64,000 nt of DNA from Klebsormidium nitens (Eukaryota > Plantae > Klebsormidiophyceae). Of the stretch, positions 24,000 through 35,099 are shown one piece after another (position 1 is the stretch's first letter; each line of letters opens with the position of its first letter). The notes below the pieces were generated by a model. It ran no database searches. It was not told the origin of the DNA and saw only the letters and a list, made by a program, of their open reading frames with translations. Made by a program: the position numbers and the translations under genes. The stretch lies in NCBI GenBank assembly GCA_000708835.1, contig DF237032.1, positions 1 to 64,000 of the forward strand. Direction: 5' to 3'.

Positions 24000-24560
24000 G
24001 TATCAATATCTGATCAAGGTGGCCGCTTCTTTGAGCTCTTGCTTTGAAATGATCCTAGCTAGTACTTAGCTTGACCTGCACTTCAGCGCTGGCCGGGCTG
24101 CCGTGTTGCGATCGTTGGGATACATTTCGAAGCCACACGTAGACCACGACTGGCATGCATAAGCTGAACCATGACAAACACGCGATATTTTAAATCATAT
24201 ACATTCGACAGAGTACATATGGCATGAGGCCGCGGGGGTCAATGGAATTCCGCCCATGGTGCACTCGGCTGGCCCGGCGCGCTGGGCCCTTTAGTATAGA
24301 TCGATATCAGTACCAGGCCGGCCGCCGCTATATCGGACATGAGCGTACGTAGCTATATAGATCTAGCGCTAGCTACTAAAGTTGGCCGCACTGATGATCG
24401 CGCTGCCAGCACTAGCCATGTCAATCAATTAAATGATCGTAGACTAACGCACCTGGCAAGTGCACGATATTGAACGGGATGCTGCCGCCGAGCTAGGCGG
24501 CCGTGCGTGGCTGAATGCCCTAAGTTAACTCTGGTGTCAGTCAATGTTCATAGAGCGCAC
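24000..24560. other. Palindromic-tetramer-rich intergenic tract (between convergent RPL34 and coiled-coil gene)
   Basis: Hand count: 20 of 71 tetramers in 24301-24374 are self-complementary, against about 4.4 expected at 1/16. Confidence 0.7.
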
Positions 24561-24980
24561 TACGTCATGTTGAAAATATCGAGGTTGCGTTTCCATACGG
24601 GTAGCACATGTGTTTCACATGTACGTGGCATGTGCACAAAGGATTCATGCACCGGCCGGTGCATGTCTGTCTGACCGTGTCTTGGTAGCTGTGAGTTTTT
24701 GATTGTGCCCCACCTTGTTCCAAAGCCTGTTTACCTCGAATCTCAGAAAAACTCTTAGAAAATTTTCCAATTATGAACCGCACATGGAAAACTGCGCTAC
24801 AACCCCCATGGTTCAGGTCAAAATGCGCAAGCTGTGCCACGCAGCGGCCCGCTTCAACCCTTTCCGAGAATTTGCATTCTTGCTTGCTGTTGCTGCTCGG
24901 ACTGGTCAATCGTCCTCACTAATTTCACACGGCTCGCATGATCCATTAAAACTAGATCTGCGTCAATTTAAGTGACTGCA

Positions 24981-27900
24981 TCAGCAGCCTCTGGAAACAG
25001 TATCTTCCTGTTGGCAGTACGATTCAGGGCTGGTACAAGAAGGTCGCTCACGCCATGCTCTTACTTTGAAGTTCCACAATTTCCGCAATGTCCAGTTGCT
25101 AGTATGTGCAGGCGGATGATCATGACACGTGTGCCAATGATTTCCTGTCGGGTCCAGCTTCATGGAGACATAAGGGTAGCCTGGTCTACTTCCTGCGACG
25201 TTGTGCCTGTCTGTGCCTTCGCCTTCAGCAGCTGCGGCACCTTGAACGCCTTGCCGAACAGAGACTTGGGCGGCTCCCTCGGCGGCAGTCCCATCAAGAC
25301 CTTGGAGGCACTGGGTGCGAGGGTCCTCTTGGGCTTCAAGCCTTTGGGGACGTCCACGTGGCTGCTCGCCGGGGCCGTGTTCGTGGGGACGGCCTGCAGC
25401 GGGGCGCGCGGGGCCTACACATGCGAGAGTCACTTAGCGTCAGAGGACAGTAACTCATTTCACCAGGCGCAAGGAAAGACTCAGCACCCGCCTCTCGTGC
25501 GGACCCCAATACTGAAAGGCAACCGCTCTTGATGTCTAAACTGCGTTCATGGTACATCGCCAGCTCGCACACTCAGTGGCAACCGCTATTTATGGTCCAT
25601 AGCGGCACTCTCTATGGACCATAAATACAGCGTGACACTGACTCTCAGGTTATTCCAGGGTCGTGTTCCTTTGAACGAGCACCTCGGATTGTTGAACAGA
25701 GCACGGGCCCCGCTCTTCCCATCCGCCTCCAGACAGGCCGTCAAGTCGAATCAAAGGCTCCCTACCTGCTCGCAGCCCTGCCCCAAGTTCGCGGGCGGCG
25801 CCGCCGCCTGCTCCAGCTTGGCCCTCTTCGGGTCCCGCTCCAGGGGCTGCCCCGCGCCGCCGGCACAGGGCAACGGCGGCCGCCCAGACTGCCGGCTCTC
25901 CGCTAAAACCAAGGCATGTGAGAGAATCTCAAGAGGGGAGGTTCCTAAGCCGGTCGCCCACAACATAGAAGATGCAGTTAAAGCTTGAAAACCACGGTCA
26001 TGTACTGAAGCAAAACGACTTAGAGTACCCGGGTGCTCGTCTCAAACCGAGTCGGCAGCTCCGACCTCACAATTGCGTCACTGGACGGTCAGACAGAGGG
26101 TGACTATAATCTCCAACCCTTTTGACGACTCTGGCTGTTATCCAACCAAATGTAGTTCCACTTCCCTACTGAACGTTGGCGCCCCTCAAGTTACTTTCGA
26201 AACCACCATGAGGTTCCCTGCCCATTTCAAAACAGGGACGGGAGGGTTGCGGACGAGTGTCTTCTAATCTCGTTAATCGTGTGCCTAGGTTAAGAGACAC
26301 AAGCGAGCCCCTCACCGCTGATTGGCCGTTTGAGGCGGGGCGAGAACCGTCGCTCCGGGTCGTCCTTCCTGCGATTGGCGAGAACAGCAGCAAGAGTTGT
26401 TCACATTGTCTTTTCCGATGATCGTCACAAACATTACCTCGTGGCAGCTGAGTGACACGTCGTCACGGAACGCATGTCGATTACAAACGTAACGGCTCAC
26501 AAAAGCCCATAAAGCCTTTTGCAGACATGCCCGCCAGAGCGACTACGATCGAGACCGAAGCAGTTTGACCCGAATTCGATCCGTCCACGTCCGTCTTCCT
26601 TACTCGGGCTCCGCCGGCATGTCCTTCGCTTCCCGCTCCTTGCCTGCTCCGGCCTCGTGCGCTGCTTTGCCAGCTTCCTCCTCAGGTGCCACGTTGCTTC
26701 CGCCCTTTTCAGCCTTCGACTGGAGCGCACCCTACACCCAAGAAGGAGCACCTAAATCAATGATTGGAACGACGGTAGAAAAAGGGACCAGAAGGAGGAT
26801 GCGAGCTCCCTTTCTCGGATCTTGCGGACGATGGATTTAGTATGCTAGAGAGCGTTCCTCCCTCCGTGTGGCGGCTTACTTTGACGGCTTTGCCTGGCGC
26901 CTTCTTCTGTCGCTTGGGCGCTGGGGCTGCTTGCTCCATGGCGCCTCCCAGGTTGCGGGTGGGGGACTCGCGGGACTTGCGGGCCGGGCGGCGCTCAGGA
27001 ACCTGCATTGAACCAAAGAGCAACATGTACGATGAATAATCCAACAGCTCAAGAACCAACAGCACCGCGAAGAAGAACCATTCTCGTACAGCTCAAAATC
27101 AACGGCATCGAACAACTTAAGAATCAACGGCAGCTCAAAGAACACCAGTTTGCGGACAGCTCGAAGAGTAGCGGCACTTCGAAAAACATATATATGGACA
27201 GAAATGATTATCTTCTTGCCCGAAAAGCTCGAACCCTGCAGGACGTTAAGAGTTATGTAAGTGGGCCATATCACTCTGAACCTGAAAGCTTCATTGAAGC
27301 TGCATTTCAAATCGTCCCGGTGTCCTTTCCTCCACCCCGCAGAATGAACGTCAAAACGAAAGCTCCATCCTGAACAGCCACCGTTCCGCTCACCGTGGCC
27401 CCCGCCTCGCCGGCCAGCATGCGCAGGTCGCCGTTCTCCGCGCTCAGTGTTGCGTGGCTGGCCTTGAGTGCCGCCAGCTCCGCCTTGAGGGCCTGCACCG
27501 CATCCGCTTGCGCCGCGTGCTCCTGTTCCGCGACCTCCAGCTCGCGGCCCTGCTCCTCCACCACCTTGGCTAGCCTGGAGACGCATACGGCACGTTAACG
27601 AGCGTGTTGGCTTGCGAGACTGCGTTTGTAGCCCTATGGCGCTCGCCAGCTGCTGAAGGGTATAATTTGAGACACCATGATGCATGAGCAGACTGCCAAA
27701 ATCTGTTAGTTGTGACAAAGCTTTGGCAACAGAGATGCACAAGAGACCGTCAGTCATACAGTGTCTACTAACAGATATCGATTCATTTGCAGAGCTGTTT
27801 AAAATACTCGCTAGAGATCTTGTCTTGGTACAACAAACTGTCCTCATCAATCCCGATTTTGACAGAAGCGCCTCCACACAAACTGGTTCTAAAAGTCGAA

Positions 27901-30002
27901 GTGTCCCCTTGCCTGCCGCTCTCTTTCCTTGCCGCCCCTCGTTCCTTCTCCACCTTCTGGAGATCTCCCTGTGCGGCCGCTAGCTGTTGCTCCAACTGCA
28001 CCACCCGCTCATGCTCCCCACCCAGCCGCTCCGTCTGGGCCGCCTGCAGCGAGGCGGGGGGGTTTTATAGATCTGGAAGGCCTGCTCGGTGTCGTTCTGG
28101 GTCTCAGACGGACCAGTTGACGGAGCGGAGGGTACCTTACAAGGTGTTCCAAAACGGCCAGCACTCACAACGAGGACTCATCCGATGGTGAAGAAATTAA
28201 GGGGAGTCTGGCAAGAGCGCTCCAGCTTGTAGTATGCAAAGGAGTTGGCTAGTCACAAGGACACAACAAGCAGGAGTGCTGGGTTAGCGCAGCGACTGAC
28301 CTGGGTGCTGGTCAGCTCTTTCTGCAGATCCTCCGCGCGCTGCTGTAGCGCACAGTGGCTCTTCTCCAGGGCGGCCAGCTCCCTTTCCCCAGCCTGCACC
28401 GCTTTCTCAGCCTGCACCCTGGCTGCTTTTTCCTCGCGGAGGGCCGTAGCCAGGTCGTCCCGCTCAGCCTGGGCCTGCATGCGCGCCCGCTGTTCCTGCT
28501 GCGCCTGCTCGCGGACGACCTGCCACCGCTGCCGCATGCGCTCGCGCTCCAGGCGCTCCTTGGCTAACGTTCCCTGGCACCGCCAGAACAAGCTTCGTCA
28601 TTGACAAGTTGGGATTTGCAGCGAAGTCGGACTCCCCATTTTATTGACAACAGGCACCCTTCTGAAATGCAATGCATAAAGCCACACTTTGGGGGAGCAT
28701 GCTGAGAGCCTTAGGACTGTGAATAAGGGGGGTTTCAGACAGGTTCAGGCTCCAAGAAGGCGCCGCATTTGGATCTCAGGGATATGTAGATGTACAAGGT
28801 ACGGAGAATATAATCTATCCAGCTCTGCCAGGCAAGTTTTTAAAACGGAATAGCTGACGAAAAGGTGTGCCTTCCGGGGCTTGCACTGACCTCTTGCTCG
28901 ATTACCCACGCTTCAAGCACTTGCCGCTGCGCCTCTGCCTCCTCCAAGTCGTCCAGGGCAGACTCTGCACAGGGGAGGGTATAATTAAGCGGCAAAGAAC
29001 CCTCCTTTCTAATGTCAAGCACACAAGTTGCAGAGATGTTTCATCTATGTCTGTAACAGCAGCGGCCTCCTGCATGTCGAAATCTTAGGGCATCAATCAG
29101 CGGCTTTTTCACACTCTCACCCAGTCTGACCCGGAGAAGATGGGCCTCTTTTGTCGTGTTCAAGACGGCCAGCTGTAGCTCAGACTTCTCATACTGGAGA
29201 CCAGCCTCCCGGCCCACAGAAATGGCGCGTTGCTGAAGAAGGCAATAGAGGCAAATATCAATCAATCCTCTGTCTACTGAGAATGTACAGTACTTTTCCA
29301 TCTCTGTCACATGATCAAACACAGGGTGTAAGCCACGTGGGGCTGAGGTGTGATCAGCTGAAACGGACAAAAGCTTCGGGAACTAGATGATCCTGGCCCG
29401 ATCAAAGCGCTGACTTGCACCCGGGTATTGGCGTCCCTGTCAATGCGCTGGGGGCCAACATCCTATCTTGCTCATGCCAAAGTGGCCAGGGTGCACGCAC
29501 CTCGGCAGCATCCTCCACTGCAGCTCCCATTTCGGCCTCCCAGGTGTGCTTGAGTATCCTCTGAATCTCATGAGAGCAGCCCAGCCGCTCCATGGCCATG
29601 GATGCTTTGCGCTCGAAACCTACCAGCATCCTCACCACACTTGCTGGAAGGCCATCATCAGTTACACAGCACAGTCTGTCTGCAATCTACAAGCGCGCGG
29701 AGTGCCCCAGTCAGGAATCAAGCAAACGCACTCAAGCGGTTGCCAGAACACATAGCAGGGGCAAAGCAGCACTTCCTGTCAATTGAAGGATACTTGAGAG
29801 CAGATTTAACATGTTGACCATGCTGGCAGGGATGAAGGAATTACCATTGGCTTGCCTGCGCAGGCGAGGAATGCATCGTCACCGGAAGCCATTCTGTTGC
29901 CCAGCCGCACCAATGGCACGCCAAATGCTAGTACCTAATACTTACGAGTCTAGCTTGCCATTCTTGTCCAGGGTGCTTCGTGGTCTCTTGACTCTTGAGC
30001 AT
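24981..30002 (-). CDS. Uncharacterised multi-exon coiled-coil protein (~15 exons)
   Basis: GT-AG exons chain from MLKSQETTKHPGQEWQARL (29946-30002) through VVRMLVGFERKASMAMERL, ESALDDLEEAEAQRQ, KERLERERMRQRWQVVREQAQQE..., VQLEQQLAAAQGDLQKVEKE, AEQEHAAQADAVQALKAEL, KRQKKAPGKAVK, RRFSPRLKRPIS, RDPKRAKLE and APRAPLQAVPTN...FGKAFKVPQLL. Phases were checked for the first three and last few exons only; start and last exon are tentative. Confidence 0.7.
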
Positions 30003-30191
30003 TGCCACAAGCCGTCCAGGAAGTGGTCAAAGATGACAATGCCAATGGCCGAGCGCTGCGGTCCCAGGCTGCAGCCCTACCTATTTGAACTCGAATGCGG
30101 GAACGATTCCTGGCCGTTCAATGGAAGACTTGTGCAATCTACTGTAATCTTGGCCGTCCGATGTCCGAAGCAAAGCCGCTACTTTGCGAAT

Positions 30192-30250
30192 TCAAAGCTT
30201 GTGCAAGCTGTACCTACGGTATCAAAGCTTGTGCAAGCTGTACCTACGGT
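30192..30250. repeat. Perfect 30-bp tandem duplication
   Basis: tcaaagcttgtgcaagctgtacctacggt(a) twice, head to tail, upstream of the coiled-coil gene start. Confidence 0.9.
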
Positions 30251-31513
30251 GATTCATGAAATTTGAAATGGACTCAGACATGTGGCCGCGCACGTCCGGC
30301 TACCCGTCGCTCAGGCTGACTCGGAGCTGCATACGCGCGTCGAGTCCGCGGTCCGACTCCTAGCTCGCACTGTGGGCAGTACGGTGCGACTCGGCCTTTG
30401 GCCCTTTGGCCATCATTGTCCGGTTTTGTCATTCGCGTTCATTTGTTCACGATTGCTGGAGGGAGGCGTAGCGGTGAGGAGTGACATTTGAGGTGCTGTG
30501 GCACTCACATTGCGAAGCTTTGAGTTGGCTTGGCCAATTCGACCAATGATGCATTGTGATTGTTTGTATTGATATTATTATAGTTAAGGATTGTTCAATA
30601 CAATGTTATACCGGTATACTGTCATGCGTCATGATTGGATCGATTCGGCCATGCACATCAATGGGCGAATTCCGGTGAGCGGACATTCCTTGGCCCAGGC
30701 TTGCCTTTGGAACGTATATCTAAATTGCCGGGCAGGTGTAGCAATCAGAACCGTCTTGTCCACATTTGAGGATCGTCTGCAAACCGGCCATGGCCATGGT
30801 GCGGCACCCGGATATAGCTATAGCCCGGCGCTTACATCCAGTCGAAGATTCTCTATAGGACGCGCTTGCTACATGCTGCATGGGCCCCCCTTCTCCTCCA
30901 TGCAATGGGCCATTGCTCATGTGAAGAGCACCCGATCGCCCGCCCCCGCTCATGAACTCCCTCGTGCGACCCACTTTGTGAGGTTGAGCTGACAGCCGGG
31001 CAATTGTCGATGCAAGTTGCTGCAGGTTAAATTGGCCAAGGGCCTATCATTTAAGGTTGTTTACCTATTGGGATTCCACTATACTGTACTATACCATAGG
31101 ACAATCATTCGACATGAGAATTTTGGGGACGGCTAATAGTAATTCAAAACTGTACCAAATGAGAGGGTTGCTAACCGAGTGACCTTGCCAGTATCTCATT
31201 TGACTCGAGACGAACTTGACCAATCCCTGTTGTGCTTGTTACCTTCGGTCTACTAGGTCGGACATTACATAGCTGAGTGTCAACAGCCGCTTCTAATGTA
31301 CTTTTAAAAGGGACTCCGAATGCTTGGTCGGGGATCGAAAACAATTATCGACTTGCAATTGAACGTTATCAATCTTCGCTCCCCTAGCTATTCCATGCCG
31401 ACTCCTCGAAGTCTGCACAGTAGCCTCCAAGTCCTCAAAGATAGGGTGTTGCTGCCCATTTGGATACTCTGGCTCGGTCTCCTACTTTCACGTCATTTAT
31501 GACTCCCTTAACG

Positions 31514-34036
31514 TCATTGCTCATGTTCCGCGCCTCTCCCACCCGCATACACTGCTGCGCAGAATCCTTGCACTTCTGAAAGCTCCGCAATGCTTCTCAC
31601 ATACTTGTTGTCATCGGCTGATTCCAAAAGAGCATTTCCGACACCAGCCACATGCGGCAGTAGCTTGGCGAGTGGGATGCCATCCTCAGGACTATCTTGA
31701 AAAGCAAGCCGCAAATCAGACTGCATATCTGTGAGCAGGCAGTCAAGAGCCGCAGAAAGCACGTTGGCGAACTCCGAGCTGCACATTGCAAATGAGGAGA
31801 TCAAACTTCCTGCAACTTCCACAGAGTCGATTTGCCCATCGACGATATCCATGAAGCTTCAAGTCCACACCTTCCTTTACAGTTGAAACGAACAGCAGAA
31901 CTCAGAAGTTGTCATCATTAGTTGACTTAAAGGACCTGTTGTAAAGGCCTGCACATGCAGGGGCCGACGACGTGTCTACATTGCAAAACCTTGAATCCAT
32001 GAGGCTTTCAAGGTTTTGAAAGCGGCAGTACTTTTTTACCTGTTCAGAATCCCCCGTGTCTCGTCCATGAGAGCAGCCAGGTTCTCTTCGTCCTCTGCTC
32101 CCCATCTCTCTTCCGCATCACCCGACATTGCAGGAAGGGATACCGAGTTGTCGGCGGGAAGTACGTACTTGCCCCACTGCAACTCCTGGCTTTCGAGCTG
32201 CTGTCGGGTCTGTTGGAAGATGTCCCCCAGCTCAGCCAGCTGCACCTTGTCCCTCAGCTCTCTCCTGAGGGAACAGCCACAGTTTCAGTTTGCAGACTAG
32301 GCTGGAGCACCTTTACACAGGCAGCGGGCGCCACAGCTGGAAGCTGACAGCCTGACATTTCTGAAACTCGATACTTAAACATCTTTTTTGAACTCAGAAG
32401 CATCCAGTAAGGTTGACGACATTGCCCTCTTGGCATAGTCTAATTAAAAAAACCATGCCTTGCAAGCATCTACAGACAAAGACGAATCAAACGCATCCTA
32501 CCCAGCAAAGCACAGAGGTTAAGCACACATAACTTCTAAATCAGCGCTCTCAAGGCGATTGCCATGAAACCTATCAGTAAGTGAACTCTTCCTTATAGAA
32601 AACCAACCGGAATCGTACCTTCCCACGACTTGCTCGGTTGCTGTTTGGACATCATTCACTAAGTCCTTAAGACCCGTGTACGGCAGGTAGTCTACAAGGC
32701 CCACGAAACGATGCTGGCATGCTTTCGTCAAACGGCTGTGCAGCTCCTACAGGCAACAAACAAGGTTCTCGTGTTCATAGGCAAGCAAAATCGTGTTCAG
32801 AGACCCAAGTCAGGTGGATGCAAGCAGATCTGCTATTCTTGGCACAACTGTATCTGACAAACAAACGAATAGATCATCCCCTCATCAAGGTTACCTTCTC
32901 GACACTCAAGACGACTTGGGGCTGAAAGGGCCCACAACATATGTCATCTGAAGCCTCTGCAGCGGGACTCACTGGCAGTACATCTTCCGATGAATCCCTT
33001 GCAGTCTCCAGGTACACGCGGCGACCGAGGATGTTTAACTGCGTTCGCAGAAAGACATCAAGAAGTGCCACCGAGAAGACAGCGGACACTGTCCTGGTAA
33101 AACCTGCACAGACGCCGGAGCATTGTCATTCTACAGCGTTTCAGCACGCGTCAGTGCAGAACACCAAGATGAGAGCCCTTGTGCCTTGAAGGAGTTCAAT
33201 AAGAAACGATGACTTCACAGGACCTCCCTTCCACTTTTCCCTTACATTGCACCCTGCTCTTACTTACTCAGCACTTTGAGCTCCTCCCAGATGCCAATCT
33301 TCTCCTTGTGCCCGAGCGCTGCCGCTTGCCCCTTGCCAGCCATGAGCTTCTCTGTGAGGACTGATAGATCGACGAGGGTGAAGAGCTGGTCTTTGAGGTG
33401 GGGGAGGACCGAGGGGAGGGTTGTTGCATCGGCAATCTTCTGGATGCTCTCGAAGTGATGCTGCAATCTGCAGACGAGTACAGTAAAGGAGCAATTGGCA
33501 AGAGTTCTCTAAGGAAGAGGAGAAATCTAACAATCATACATGCTGTGGGAGGGAAGAGCAGAGATCAGCAATAAGCAAATCCATGACAGGCTGCACTTGA
33601 GCCTGAACGACACTCTATCAAGCGTGTTTCGCAAGAGGGGAGTGCAAACTGCTGTGGACTCACTGGAGTTCAGCATGCTCCTCCGCATCTTTCCGCTTGC
33701 CTTCCTTAGCAATCTGCTCTTGAGCAAGCGAGCGATAGTATCTGTATGCACAGTAGCCACCAACACCAGCAGCAACCGAGAGCGCCACAGCTCGCCGGTG
33801 CTTCCGTACCCAATACCTGCAGTAGTGACCAACGCAAATGAATAGCTGCACATCCCAAGCCAGAATCTTGGCAGGTCCAATTGCTGCTTTCGCAATCGAT
33901 GACTCACAAGCCATTCAAAACAAGGCCATCATTGAAAGCACATTTTGAGTGAAGAATCTGAGCGGCAGAACCAAATGCCCGGCAAGCTTCCTTACTTCAA
34001 GTTCACCCAGAAGTCTTTGGCCAGAGTTGTAGACAT
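31514..34036 (-). CDS. PEX3: Peroxisome biogenesis factor 3
   Basis: Exons 33996-34036, 33664-33816, 33268-33467, ~32910-33103, ~32620-32730, ~32040-32250, 31514-~31780. N-terminal WVRKHRR plus a TM segment; LQHHFESIQKIADATTLP; FTRTVSAVFSVALLDVFLRTQLNILGRRVYLE; LMDETRGIL; GIPLAKLLPHV. Confidence 0.9.
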
Positions 34037-35099
34037 TGCTGCTGCACTTGATATCCCCACTCGCTAAGCGAAGCAGAATCAGCCTGGTTCAGAATCGAAG
34101 TCTTTGAATTATAAGACGAATTCAAGTTGCTTGCTATGAAGACGCAAGAGTGTTTCCTGATCATCAAAATGCTGCCAGGTACCACAATTCTGGTGCAATG
34201 CCTGACCAGCTTCTCCAAAATCGCAGCTTGACAGTCGCCTTCACTGAAGGCTTCAGAAGCAAGGGGGAGCCGATCCTGCTGGGCCCGGGCGGTCAAACTT
34301 CACAGGCTCCACAGAAGAAAGTTCTAAGCATTGAACTTGAAGCAAAGAAGGGTTCAGGGAAGAAGAAACTCAACATGACAATATGTAGCTGCTTCGTCAG
34401 CTTGTGAAGCTGGGTCTCAAAACGGGTCTCAAAAGAGGGTTCAAGGAAATTCAGTTGGGTTTGAACTGGTTAATTTGGAACTGCTCGGAGCTGTACTGAA
34501 CTCAAGTGAAGGATCTCCGATCAACGCTTCTGGCAGGTTTGTTGCATGAGCTAGGCTCAAACGAAAGGAGGTCTAATCTTCGGTTGAGCTTTAACCCTAT
34601 CGGGGATCACGGGTCAGGGGAGTGCTCATGCATGGTGGAGTCGAGGACCTTTGCAAGCCTGCACGGACGACCCCCTGGGCCTGGGCCTTGGAAAACCCTG
34701 ATCAGAATCACTCGTAAGCTTCAGCCAGGCTTTCACAATCTCAAGCTCCCTGGAGAAAGAGAGGTGAAATTTCAGAGGGGACGTTGCATGGGCGCAAGGG
34801 GTTTTTAATTTCAAGAAATTTTCATTTTCTCGTGGGGAGCGCAAAAGTTTGCTCAAAGTCACCCTGGGCTCACAAAGCAAGATATTGGAAGGTTCAAAAG
34901 CGGGGTCTATTTGAGCCTGGGTCTGTTGTAAGCAAGAGTCGTGAGCGACCGATTTTGCAAGTTCAAGGTTTAGTTTATGAGGTGACCTGTCGCAAGCGCA
35001 GATAGTGAAAAATTACGTAGTTGCAGAGAAAAGGGAGAAAAAGCAGGGTTTATTGCGTAACACCTGTGTCCCAGTTAGCGGTTGCGCATTTCTGCAAGG

